Source of the DNA: Gammaproteobacteria bacterium
GTDB taxonomy: Bacteria; Pseudomonadota; Gammaproteobacteria; SZUA-152
NCBI GenBank assembly: GCA_021647705.1
Contig: JAKIUF010000014.1
Coordinates: 1,577-65,576, forward strand
Reading direction: 5' to 3'
Length of the DNA stretch: 64,000 nt
Shown piece after piece: positions 1 to 9,585 of the stretch. The translations under genes and the position numbers were made by a program. Under the pieces are notes generated by a model that searched no databases, was not told where the DNA came from, and was given only the letters and a program-made list of their open reading frames with translations. Positions within the stretch are counted from its first letter, which is position 1. Every line of letters begins with the position of its first letter.

Positions 1-374
1 CAGAAGATTTCGTCATTATCCAATGGCTTCCAGTGGATAATTTATATAACCGGAGTAAAACCAAATAAGTGGATATGAATAAGCCTTACACCAGGGAGCC
101 GTACATCACCATACACTAATACATTGATTAATCTCTGTTTCTCCACCTAGTCAATGATACCAACATGGAGTATTCTGGCGCACAAGTCTGTTCCGCAGTA
201 ATACAGGTGCTGTATCGTAAGACCGCATTAAGCCTCCCTTTTTTAGTTTGGTCACCTTCCGCCCTATACTACTTTGGAACCTTTGGAGGTTTTTCCAAGG
301 GTGTGCTCGGCCAGGAAAAATGGTAAACCGGTAACACAGCACCACAAAAACCCTGTAAAGAAAAGGAAAGCATT

Positions 375-2711
375 ATGGGTGAATCTACTTTTGTTATTCG
401 CTATGCCCAATGGATCACCCGCCACCCATGGCTGGTGATGTTTGGCACTATACTTCTGGTGATGGCCGCATCTTCAGGCATGAAACACCTGACTATTAAG
501 ACTGATTACCGAATTTTTTTCAGTGAAGATAATCCTCAATTGCTTGCCTTTGAAGCACTAGGGACTATGTACACCAAGAATGATAATGTCATGTTCATTC
601 TGGCCCCTAAAGACGGGAATGTTTTCAGTAAAGAGACTCTGGAAGCGGTAAGAATACTGACTGAAAAGGCTTGGCAAACGCCCTATTCCATTCGCGTCGA
701 TTCACTGGCTAATTTTCAAAATACCAAAGCAGAGGGTGATGATTTACGGGTAAGAAACCTGATCGATCAAGAGATCGAATTAACGGATGATAACCGTAAA
801 AAAATAAAACGCATTGCGCTCAGCGAACCTATATTACTGAACCGCTTCGTTTCTGACCGCGCCCATGTCACCGGCATTAACGTCACCGTGCAATTACCCG
901 GCGAGAAATCAACTGAGGTTTTGGAGATTGCTACCTTCGCACGCAACATTGCTGCGGAAATTGAAGCATTATATCCACAAATTGATATCTATCTCAGTGG
1001 CGTTATCTTTATGAATAATGCCTTTTCTGAGGCCGCAAAAGGCGATTTGAAAAAACTGGTGCCCATCAGTTTTATTCTTATGTTGATCACTCTTGGCGTG
1101 ATGATTCGCGGATTTTCCGGCACCTTTGCTACCTTGTTGGTCATCATCGGCTCCATTTTAACAGCCATGGGCCTGGGAAGTTACCTCGGCTTTCCCATTA
1201 CCGCGCCTTCTGCTGCTACGCCAACCATTGTGCTCACCATCGCCATTGCTAACTGCGTGCATATTCTCGTTGCCATGTTGCATGAAATGCGTGTGGGCCG
1301 TGATAAAAACTCAGCCATTATAGAAAGTCTGCGCATCAATATGCAGCCGGTGTTTCTTGCCAGTATCACGACTACTCTGGGTTTTTTGAGCATGAATTTT
1401 TCCGACGCACCGCCCTTTCAACATTTGGGCAATATGGTTGCCATCGGTGTCGGTGCCTCCTTCTTTTTATCCGTCATTTTTTTACCGGCACTGATGTCAG
1501 TATTACCGGTACGAGTAAGCCCCGTTACCAATGATGACAGCCACCTGATGCATCGTGTTGGTGATTTTGTGGTCAAGCAACGCCAGAAACTGATTTGGGG
1601 GATGAGCATTGTGGCTATTGTTTTGGTCACATCAATACCCCGCAATGAAATGAATGACGTATTTGTACATTATTTTGACGAGACCATGCAGTTCCGTACC
1701 GATGCCGATTTTATGACCGAAAATCTGACCGGCCTTTATATCATCAGCTATTCCTTGGACTCCGGTGAACCTGGGGGTATCAACAACCCTGAATACCTGC
1801 GGGAAGTCAGTGCTTTTGCAGATTGGTATCGTGCGCAACCGGAAACCATTCATGTCAACAGCATTACCGACATTATGAAGCGGCTCAATAAAAATATGCA
1901 CGGTGATGAGCAAAGCTGGTACAGGTTGCCCGATGAGCGCGATCTGGCGGCACAATATTTGCTGTTATATGAAATGTCATTACCCTACGGGCTTGATCTG
2001 AATAATCAGGTCAATGTGGAAAAATCTGCCACACGCTTTACTGCCACACTACAAACTTTGTCAACCAATGACTTGCTGGCACTGGATAGACGCGCCAATG
2101 ACTGGCTGAAAAAAAATACCCCGCACATCAGTGGCAAGGAAGGCAGCGGGGTATCAATCATGTTTGCGGACATTGGAAGACGTAATATCGTTGGCATGCT
2201 GATCGGTACTACTCTTGCGTTGATCGGCATTTCCTTAATCCTGATCATCGCCTTGCGCTCAGTCAAAATTGGCTTGCTGAGTTTGATTCCCAATCTGATA
2301 CCTGCGGCGATGGGTTTTGGCCTGTGGGGTCTGCTGGTAGGTGAGGTCGGGCTCAGTCTTTCCATTGTCGCGGGTATGACTCTGGGTATCGTGGTCGATG
2401 ACACCGTGCATTTTCTCAGTAAATACCTGCGCGCCCGCAGAGAAAAAGGATTGAATGCTGAAGAAGCCGTGCGTTACGCATTCCGCAATGTGGGCATGGC
2501 TCTGCTGACAACGTCGGTGGTATTGGTGATCGGTTTCATGGTGCTGTCGCTATCCAGTTTTGAGCTGAATGCGGGCATGGGTCTACTCAGCGCTATCATC
2601 ATCGCCTTTGCATTATTGGCGGACTTTTTATTATTGCCTCCCATTCTCATGTTGTTTGACAGAAAAACAATCAATAAACAAGCTGCTATCAAGGCGCTTA
2701 GGCATGCGTAG
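375..2711 (+). CDS. RND-superfamily exporter, MMPL/COG1033 (HpnN-like) type
   Basis: 778-aa ORF whose ATG is preceded by AAAGGAAAG. The layout is internally duplicated: a long soluble loop then a block of hydrophobic helices, twice (LVPISFILMLITLGVMIRGF... and NIVGMLIGTTLALIGISLILII...GIVVDDTVHFLSKYLRAR). This matches MMPL-type RND exporters from memory; no search was run. Confidence 0.8.
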   Translation: MGESTFVIRYAQWITRHPWLVMFGTILLVMAASSGMKHLTIKTDYRIFFSEDNPQLLAFEALGTMYTKNDNVMFILAPKDGNVFSKETLEAVRILTEKAWQTPYSIRVDSLANFQNTKAEGDDLRVRNLIDQEIELTDDNRKKIKRIALSEPILLNRFVSDRAHVTGINVTVQLPGEKSTEVLEIATFARNIAAEIEALYPQIDIYLSGVIFMNNAFSEAAKGDLKKLVPISFILMLITLGVMIRGFSGTFATLLVIIGSILTAMGLGSYLGFPITAPSAATPTIVLTIAIANCVHILVAMLHEMRVGRDKNSAIIESLRINMQPVFLASITTTLGFLSMNFSDAPPFQHLGNMVAIGVGASFFLSVIFLPALMSVLPVRVSPVTNDDSHLMHRVGDFVVKQRQKLIWGMSIVAIVLVTSIPRNEMNDVFVHYFDETMQFRTDADFMTENLTGLYIISYSLDSGEPGGINNPEYLREVSAFADWYRAQPETIHVNSITDIMKRLNKNMHGDEQSWYRLPDERDLAAQYLLLYEMSLPYGLDLNNQVNVEKSATRFTATLQTLSTNDLLALDRRANDWLKKNTPHISGKEGSGVSIMFADIGRRNIVGMLIGTTLALIGISLILIIALRSVKIGLLSLIPNLIPAAMGFGLWGLLVGEVGLSLSIVAGMTLGIVVDDTVHFLSKYLRARREKGLNAEEAVRYAFRNVGMALLTTSVVLVIGFMVLSLSSFELNAGMGLLSAIIIAFALLADFLLLPPILMLFDRKTINKQAAIKALRHA

Positions 2712-3270
2712 TTTTTTGTCTGCATAAAAATAAAAAAGGGATGAAAACAACAAGGTGCGGGGGTTTTCAACCCGTTGTTAAACAACTTTAAAAAAACGGA
2801 CTAGAACGTACCGATAAATAGTGATAAAAAGGATAACTCTCAGCGAAAGGAAACAAGCTGACATTTCCAGCAGAAAGGAGGCAGGCTGACACATCACTGA
2901 TCAAAACCCTACAAAGCCGTAACGAATGGTAAAGACAAAGCCATTCAGTATGTCAATAAACGCCGGAAACCCGAAAAACACCAACGAAAACAATCCCGCT
3001 TGGTGCGATAAAACATAACGGCAAAGCGTAAAACTGTTATTTATCACTGAAACGATATCGTCTGGATACTTCATCCTGTTGTGGATAAACGGCTTGGATC
3101 GATCTGGAAAAATAAGTGTTATTTGAAAGTTTTATTGTGAATCGACAAAACAAGCAAACACAAAATAAACCAACGAGGCATCAAAAATGGGTGCAAGAAT
3201 CATTATTTTTACCCGTAAATATCGGTAAAAATACTCAGTTTTAAAAATTTAAATTTATCAAGGTACTCTT

Positions 3271-4293
3271 ATGTTTGAAGCTATCATTATCATTGCTGCG
3301 GTCGTTGCCATTGTCACTATCGCTATTATCGTTCGCGCCATGTGGGATCCGTTCTATTGTTGTTTCATGACCACTGCGGATATTGGCGTGTTGTCATCTT
3401 CATCACTCATCAAAATTTCATCTTCCGTTTATATCAGTGAGCATTTCATCAACTCAGGTAACTCCGGAAAATGGGCGCGTAGCATAACCAAATTCTCGCG
3501 TATGCTTGTAGTCGTCCATAACGGGAAGTTGTGTCTTTACAACCCATGCCCACTCACAGAGGATCTACGGAAAGAACTGAATGAGCTGGGAACCATTCAA
3601 CAGGTCGTTGTGACCAATTGTTTTCATTATGCATTCCTTACACAGTATATTGATGCCTACCCTGAAGCGACTTTCCTGGTACCACAAGGCATGATGTGGA
3701 AACGACCTGAGCTGCAACAACATTGCACGGCAATCCCGGCAGCGACAGAGGGTTCGTTATTTGCGGGCACACGCTATTTCAGGCTACCCGACTTTTATCA
3801 GGAGCATGCAATATTCGTCGAAGAAGCGGGTTTACTTTACTGTAGCGATACACTTTATATCAGGGAACCTGAAACACGCCCCCATGGTCGATTAGAAATC
3901 CGGCTAATGCAGGAATTCATACGCTTAATCAGTTTTTCACAGCCTTGCGGGGCAATACATTATTTTGATTATGTCAGACAGTTTCGTTACCCCAGTTCGG
4001 ATGATTTACATAAAAAAAATGCGGAATGTTGGCGCAAAATTTTCGCGCTGCCCATCACTCGTGTAACAACTGGCCATGGCGTATTTCGTGGATGTGTGTC
4101 AGTAACAAAAACTGAGTTGCAAAACCTCTTACGTTGTATTGAGCGCAAGGACGGATGGATGGACCGGGCAGGCCGAATGGTGTTTCGCCTGTGTGTACGA
4201 GGCTCATCAATTCGCTATAGAGATTGGACTTGCCTGTACGACAAGGAGGCACAGTTTGGTTATCACCCTCCTGTAAAGGAGGAAAAGGGCTAA
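3271..4293 (+). CDS. membrane-anchored hypothetical protein, DUF4336-like metallo-hydrolase fold (tentative)
   Basis: 340-aa ORF with AAGG upstream of the ATG and an N-terminal hydrophobic helix (FEAIIIIAAVVAIVTIAIIV). The segment RMLVVVHNGKLCLYNPCPLTEDLRKELNELGTIQQVVVTNCFHYAFLTQYIDAYPEATFLVPQG follows the DUF4336 pattern as I remember it. Confidence 0.45.
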   Translation: MFEAIIIIAAVVAIVTIAIIVRAMWDPFYCCFMTTADIGVLSSSSLIKISSSVYISEHFINSGNSGKWARSITKFSRMLVVVHNGKLCLYNPCPLTEDLRKELNELGTIQQVVVTNCFHYAFLTQYIDAYPEATFLVPQGMMWKRPELQQHCTAIPAATEGSLFAGTRYFRLPDFYQEHAIFVEEAGLLYCSDTLYIREPETRPHGRLEIRLMQEFIRLISFSQPCGAIHYFDYVRQFRYPSSDDLHKKNAECWRKIFALPITRVTTGHGVFRGCVSVTKTELQNLLRCIERKDGWMDRAGRMVFRLCVRGSSIRYRDWTCLYDKEAQFGYHPPVKEEKG

Positions 4294-4353
4294 CAACTCA
4301 ATTCAGAACATACACATTTCTTAAATCTTAATGTGAATTAAAGGCTAAATCAC

Positions 4354-4497
4354 CAATGTCATTAAGTTAAAGCCAAATTTCCGACCTGCTGTAGGTTGGT
4401 GGTGAGCTTGCGAACCCCAACATCGTCGATTCCGTTGGGGTTCGCAAGCTCACCACCAACCTACGGTACACCGTTTTTGGTTAATTTAATGACATTG
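4354..4497. mobile_element. 144-bp MITE-like palindromic element flanked by a 10-bp direct repeat
   Basis: Terminal inverted repeats CAATGTCATTAAGTTAA / TTAATTTAATGACATTG match at 16/17. Inner 33-nt arms 4389-4421 and 4434-4466 are complementary at 32/33. GCTAAATCAC lies immediately outside both ends (4344-4353 and 4498-4507), as expected for a target-site duplication. Confidence 0.6.
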
Positions 4498-4640
4498 GCT
4501 AAATCACTTTGTTAACACTTTTTGCTGAAAATACCGTTATTCCGGCATTTTTTTAGCCGGAATCCAGAGGTTTATACCCTGGATAAGCACTCCAGCACAT
4601 TGGAAAGTTGTGTTGTCGTGGCACTGACAAGCAACGTGTT

Positions 4641-4740
4641 ATAAACGCAGAGGACGCAGAGGAAAACACTAAAAATTCTGCATCCTTTGCGTTAAATACC
4701 CGGTGAATTTTTAAAAGCAGAGTGTTTTTAGCGCTTAATT
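4641..4740 (-). repeat. intergenic repeat family C (GAATTAAGCGCTAAAAACA head plus CGCAGAGGA units), inverted copy
   Basis: The reverse complement shares GAATTAAGCGCTAAAAACA and TTCACCGrGTATTTAACGCArAGG with 50789-50890. It carries two CGCAGAGGA units (4646-4663) that pair with TGCATCCTTTGCGTT (4679-4693). It overlaps the last codon and stop of asnB. Confidence 0.5.
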
Positions 4741-6519
4741 CGTATTTTCATCGACGTTTAATTGCAACCACAATTCCAACAAAGCCATGTGCCAGAGTTT
4801 GCTGCCTTGCAATTTGGTGAAGTGTTTATCCGGCTCAGCAAGCAACCGGTCAACATAGTGGCGGTTGAATATTCCACGCTGGCGACAGGCTTCGGAGTTA
4901 AGTATGTCGGACATAAAGTCGAGAAAATCTCCACGCACATATTTCAGTGCTGGCATGGGAAAATAACCTTTGGGGCGATCAATGACTGAATCAGGAATCA
5001 GGCCACGGGCGATATTTTTCAGGATGTGCTTGCCTCCTGACTTCATCTTTAACTCCGGTGGCATGCGCATCGCCAACTCCACCAGTTCATGATCCAAAAA
5101 AGGTACCCGTGCTTCCAGCCCCCACGCCATGGTCATGTTGTCCACGCGCTTCACCGGATCGTCAACAATCAACGTGGTAATATCAAAGCGCAATACCCGG
5201 TCGAGAAAGCTATCAGCGCCACCCTGCTCTAAATGTTTTTCCACCAGCATCGAGGTAAAGTCCTCGCTGACATAAGCCTCGGTGACTGAATCCCGAAATT
5301 CACTGTGGCGACAATCAAAATAATGACGCCGAAACCGTTCCAGGTTTGTACCACTGTCGGCATCCATTTGTGGGTACCAGAAATAACCACCAAACACTTC
5401 ATCTGCACCCTGACCACTCTGTACCACTTTTACCTCTTTGGCCACTTGTTCCGCGAGCAGATAAAATGCCACGGCATCCTGCCCTACCATGGGCTCGGCC
5501 ATATTGCGCACAGCATCAGGCAGCCGTGGTAAAACCTCAGTATTACGAATATGAATTTTTCGGTGGCGTGTATCAAACCGTTTCACCACCGCGTCAGAAT
5601 ACTCAAACTCACTGCCTGCTTCATCGGCAATGTCTTCAAAACCAATGGAAAAGGTGCGCAGATCATTCACACCTGCTTCCGCCAACAATCCCACCAGCAG
5701 GCTGGAGTCCAATCCACCGGAGAGCAGCACACCCACCGGCACATCAGCCACTGACAGGCGGCGTTCCACCGCTTTGCGCAATGCATCGTGAATCAGTTGC
5801 GTCCACTCGCTTTCATGTTTGGGTTCAGAAGGACGTATTGCAGAGAGATGCCAGTATTTTTTCTGTTCCGTACGAGCATCATGCTCCACAGTCATCGTGT
5901 GCCCCGGTGCCAGTTTGCTCACACCTTTCAAAATCGTATGCGGCGCAGGAATCACTGCATGCAGGGTCAGTTGATGATGCAAGCCCACAGGGTCAATATC
6001 GGTATCCACATCACCGGCTGCCAGCAAGGCCTGCAAGTTAGAGGCAAAACGAAAGGTGTGTTTTGTTTTTGAAAAATACAGGGGCTTGATGCCCAGCCGG
6101 TCGCGCACCAAAAACAGGCGTTGCTGTTTTTCGCTCCAGATGGCAAAAGCAAACATGCCGTGCAGATGTTCTACACAACGCTCGCCCCAGTGGTGAAAAG
6201 CTTTGATGATGACTTCGGTGTCACCTTCAGAAAAAAACCGGTAACCGGCATCCATTAATTCCGCACGTAGTGCCTGATAATTGTAAATTGCACCATTAAA
6301 TACCAGAGACAGGCCCAGCTCTTCGTCGATCATCGGTTGGCGTGAACGATCCGAGAGATCAATCACCGACAAACGCCGGTGACCAAAACCCAGCGGTCCG
6401 GAAATATACAGCCCTTCATCATCCGGCCCACGACGAGCCAGTTTTTGATTCATTCGCGTCAGCGTTGCTGCCTCGGGAGCATGACCATCAAACCGTAATT
6501 CACCGCAAATGCCGCACAT
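4735..6519 (-). CDS. asnB: asparagine synthase (glutamine-hydrolysing)
   Basis: Start placed at the MCGICG Met (ATG 6519-6517), 9 codons inside the tracked ORF, because Cys2 is the N-terminal nucleophile of class-II amidotransferases. The PP-loop SGGLDSS is present. Length of about 594 aa is typical. Confidence 0.9.
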   Translation of the reverse strand: MCGICGELRFDGHAPEAATLTRMNQKLARRGPDDEGLYISGPLGFGHRRLSVIDLSDRSRQPMIDEELGLSLVFNGAIYNYQALRAELMDAGYRFFSEGDTEVIIKAFHHWGERCVEHLHGMFAFAIWSEKQQRLFLVRDRLGIKPLYFSKTKHTFRFASNLQALLAAGDVDTDIDPVGLHHQLTLHAVIPAPHTILKGVSKLAPGHTMTVEHDARTEQKKYWHLSAIRPSEPKHESEWTQLIHDALRKAVERRLSVADVPVGVLLSGGLDSSLLVGLLAEAGVNDLRTFSIGFEDIADEAGSEFEYSDAVVKRFDTRHRKIHIRNTEVLPRLPDAVRNMAEPMVGQDAVAFYLLAEQVAKEVKVVQSGQGADEVFGGYFWYPQMDADSGTNLERFRRHYFDCRHSEFRDSVTEAYVSEDFTSMLVEKHLEQGGADSFLDRVLRFDITTLIVDDPVKRVDNMTMAWGLEARVPFLDHELVELAMRMPPELKMKSGGKHILKNIARGLIPDSVIDRPKGYFPMPALKYVRGDFLDFMSDILNSEACRQRGIFNRHYVDRLLAEPDKHFTKLQGSKLWHMALLELWLQLNVDENTN

Positions 6520-7042
6520 CAGCCAAATCCTCGTTAAACCGACCAAAAGAGTAAAACAGCTATTCTAGCGTGAAAACTGAAATAGCAATGAAATACAATG
6601 CATTAATTACCTTTCACTCACTTTGATCCGGAAAAACCAGCGACGGCACCAGGGGAAGGCACATGCCAGGAAGGTATGACTACTGCGTGACTTATGGGAG
6701 CGTTACCGCCTCCGTCTCCGACATTACATTCTGAAAAATACCTTGAAACACAATAAAACGATGCCCGTACCAAAACGCACTACGATGTCATTACAAAGGG
6801 GCTTGTTAACGCACACCCGGACGCCACTCCCTGTAATCGTGTTCGCTTCCCTGTTCACCGCACACAGCATTTTCACCACGGCCAAGGCCAAGCACGCACA
6901 CCAAGCCAGACTGCTGGATGACAAACAGGCTCCCACCGTGCTCTATCATCCATCCATCTCCACTTACCGACACAAAATCATTCACGGTCACAGTAAAAGA
7001 TGAAATTGCTTTTCCACAAACCGCCAAAGAAACAGATAAAAA

Positions 7043-8584
7043 TCAGTGGCTTTTATCCCCCCAGCCGCCGCCTCCCGGCGTTGCAATCATCAGACGTTCA
7101 CCCGGCTTAATCTCAAAACTTATTTTCTCTGGCAAAACGTCCTCATTGCGTAAATTACTGCCCGGCCAACCCTCACTTCCACCCCGTAGCCCCCATGGCG
7201 CATGACGACGACGCTCGGTCAATAACGTTACGATGGTGGGTGCCAGAAACTCAAACTCCCGTATCAAACCATCACCACCACGGTATTGACCTTCACCGCC
7301 TGAACCTTCTCGTAAGGCATAACGACAAATACGCAATGGGTAATGACTTTCCAATACCTCAATCGGTGTGTTCAATGTATTGGTCATGTGTGTCTGCACC
7401 GCACTGAGGCCATCATGCTCCGGTCCGGCACCCATACCACCCCCTATGGTTTCGTAATAGTCCCACTCAGCACCGGCAACACGCGAACCCATGGCAAGAT
7501 TATTCATGCTGCCATGACTGGCGGCGGGAATTTTATCCGGCAACGCCTGCGCCAGCGCCCCCATCACGACATCCACCACACGGGTGCTGGTCTCCACATT
7601 GCCCGCCGCCACTGCGGCAGGTCGTCTGGCGTTAAGCAGTGAGCCTTCGGGTGCCGTCAAGGTAATGCTGCGAAAACTGCCGGCGCAGGCTGGTGTCTGC
7701 GATGGCATCAAACAACGAAACACGTAATACACACCGGCCGCTGCCACCGATAAAGGACAATTGATATTACCCGCAGTCTGTGGCGCAGTACCGGTGAAAT
7801 CCACATGAATGTGATGTCCATTCACACGCAGTGTCACCACAATGAGAATGTCGGTGTTACCCAAACCATCATCATCCATCACATCCTCAAAATAATATTC
7901 ACCATCAGGAATGTCGCCCAGGCTACTGTCCGCCAAACGCTCAGCATAGGCATTGAGCTGTTGCAGACTCTCTTCATATCTCGTCACACCCATGCTCTGC
8001 ACTAATGTGGTGAGCCGTGCCAACCCGGTACGATTGGCGGAAATCTGTGCCGCGAAATCACCGCCGGATTGCTCAGCATTGCTGGTTGCCTCAATGATAG
8101 CCGTCAATCGTTGCTCATCCAGCCTGCCTTCCCGCACCAAAAATGTGGGCGGAATAATCATGCCTTCTTCACTCAACTGTCGGGAAATGGGCATGGAGCC
8201 CGGGGTACTGGCCCCGATATCCGCATGGTGAGCACGATTGGCAACAAACCCCACCACGGTATTTGCCGCAAACACGGGAGCAATGACCGTTACGTCAGGT
8301 AAATGGGTGCCGCCAAGATAGGGATCGTTAAGAATCACCATATCACCGGGTGACCACGGTAAATCAGACACGATGTCACGCATGGCGTAGGCCATACTGC
8401 CGAGATGCACGGGGATATGCGCCGCCTGGGCACAGAGTTCACCGGCAGCATCAAACACTGCACAGGAATAATCCAGCCGGTCCTTGATGTTAGGCGAAAA
8501 AGCGGTACGTTGCAGCACTGCCCCCATTTCCTCGCAGACGGCCTCAATACGGCTGGAAAACAAGCTGAGTTCAATGGAATTCAT
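7043..8584 (-). CDS. hydantoinase B / oxoprolinase family protein
   Basis: Start placed at MNSIELSLFSSRIEAVCEEMG (ATG 8584-8582). The tracked 599-aa ORF has an 86-codon basic/Cys-rich leader that runs into the sodB start on the other strand. Family-typical segments are present: DPYLGGTHLPDVTVIAPVF and GGGGWGD at the C-terminus. Confidence 0.85.
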   Translation of the reverse strand: MNSIELSLFSSRIEAVCEEMGAVLQRTAFSPNIKDRLDYSCAVFDAAGELCAQAAHIPVHLGSMAYAMRDIVSDLPWSPGDMVILNDPYLGGTHLPDVTVIAPVFAANTVVGFVANRAHHADIGASTPGSMPISRQLSEEGMIIPPTFLVREGRLDEQRLTAIIEATSNAEQSGGDFAAQISANRTGLARLTTLVQSMGVTRYEESLQQLNAYAERLADSSLGDIPDGEYYFEDVMDDDGLGNTDILIVVTLRVNGHHIHVDFTGTAPQTAGNINCPLSVAAAGVYYVFRCLMPSQTPACAGSFRSITLTAPEGSLLNARRPAAVAAGNVETSTRVVDVVMGALAQALPDKIPAASHGSMNNLAMGSRVAGAEWDYYETIGGGMGAGPEHDGLSAVQTHMTNTLNTPIEVLESHYPLRICRYALREGSGGEGQYRGGDGLIREFEFLAPTIVTLLTERRRHAPWGLRGGSEGWPGSNLRNEDVLPEKISFEIKPGERLMIATPGGGGWGDKSH

Positions 8585-8788
8585 GATAATGCCAGTGTAG
8601 CGTAACCTCCACCGGCCTCCCACCGCTATGCCCGATTGTTTTACTTGGTTATTAGCCCGGGGTAGAATACACAGCCGTCGCCTTTTGGCGGTCTTACGCG
8701 CATAATATCGCGCTTCAACATTCCGCCAGCGAACAAACCCTGGCATGATTTCGACATAAACATAAAGCAAGATCAGGAGAAAGAAAAC

Positions 8789-9370
8789 ATGGCACACGAA
8801 CTGCCTGCACTGCCCTACGCACAAGACGCCTTGGCCCCGCACATCTCAGCGGAAACTCTGGAGTACCACTACGGCAAACATCACCAGACTTACGTCACCA
8901 ACCTTAACAACCTTATCGAAGGCACCGAGTTCGCCGACGCCAGCCTCGAAGACATCATTATGAAAGCCGAAGGTGGCCTGTTCAACAACGCCGCCCAGGT
9001 ATGGAACCACACCTTTTACTGGAATGGCCTGAGCCCCACTGGTGGAGGTGAACCTACCGGCGCACTGGCTGATGCCATTAACAGCACCTTCGGTTCTTTT
9101 GCTGATTTCCAGCAGAAATTCGCGACTTCCTGTGCCACCAACTTCGGCTCCGGCTGGACCTGGCTGGTGAAAAACAGCGACGGCGCACTGGAAATTGTCA
9201 ACACCTCCAATGCTGCCAACCCGATGACAGCAGGCCAGACGCCAATCATGACCTGCGATGTGTGGGAGCATGCTTACTATATTGATTACCGCAACGCCCG
9301 TCCTAAATACGTGGAAGCGTTCTGGAACCTGGTGAACTGGGACTTCGTGGCCAGTAACTTCGGCGGCTAA
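8789..9370 (+). CDS. sodB: Fe superoxide dismutase
   Basis: 193 aa. Contains [33 protein letters not shown], the Fe-type signature [11 protein letters not shown], and [13 protein letters not shown]. Confidence 0.95.
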   Translation: MAHELPALPYAQDALAPHISAETLEYHYGKHHQTYVTNLNNLIEGTEFADASLEDIIMKAEGGLFNNAAQVWNHTFYWNGLSPTGGGEPTGALADAINSTFGSFADFQQKFATSCATNFGSGWTWLVKNSDGALEIVNTSNAANPMTAGQTPIMTCDVWEHAYYIDYRNARPKYVEAFWNLVNWDFVASNFGG

Positions 9371-9398
9371 GCTTCCGTTTGTCGGTACATAACATGAG

Positions 9399-9423
9399 AA
9401 AGGGGCCAATGGCCCCTTTTTTC
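9399..9423 (+). terminator. rho-independent terminator of sodB
   Basis: AGGGGCC-AAT-GGCCCCT stem-loop followed by a T run, about 30 nt after the sodB stop. Confidence 0.7.
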
Positions 9424-9585
9424 TGGCAAACTAAATCATCATCAAATTGTTGTACCTTGATAAAAAATATATGTAACCACACTAAACCTCGCCACCTTGG
9501 GCATGAACAATAAAAAACCACTTCTTAATCTGGCCTTAATATTTTATTCATAGTTTTCCCCGTTGATTACTTTGATAATGTAGCG

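Noticed and set aside
1-345. Possible 3' end of a plus-strand gene at the window start (frames ending near 66 or 77), and a 64-aa minus-strand ORF at 151-345
   Set aside because: The fragments are too short to recognise. The minus-strand ORF has no RBS or motif and lies in the promoter region of the RND exporter gene.
5346-6041. 231-aa plus-strand ORF, along with several 60-95-aa ORFs, inside the asnB region
   Set aside because: They lie entirely antisense to, or out of frame with, a strongly supported asnB. The translations are low-complexity and Pro/His/Gln-rich, with no motif or RBS.
6724-7205. Overlapping 70-95-aa ORFs between asnB and the hydantoinase gene
   Set aside because: They mutually overlap on both strands and have no RBS or motifs. 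They may be decayed coding DNA but no gene can be called.
8585-8842. 86-codon N-terminal extension of the hydantoinase-B ORF
   Set aside because: The extension is Cys/Arg-rich nonsense that overlaps the sodB start on the opposite strand. Family similarity begins at MNSIELSLF.
8846-9409. 187-aa minus-strand ORF
   Set aside because: It is antisense to sodB and has no recognisable features.
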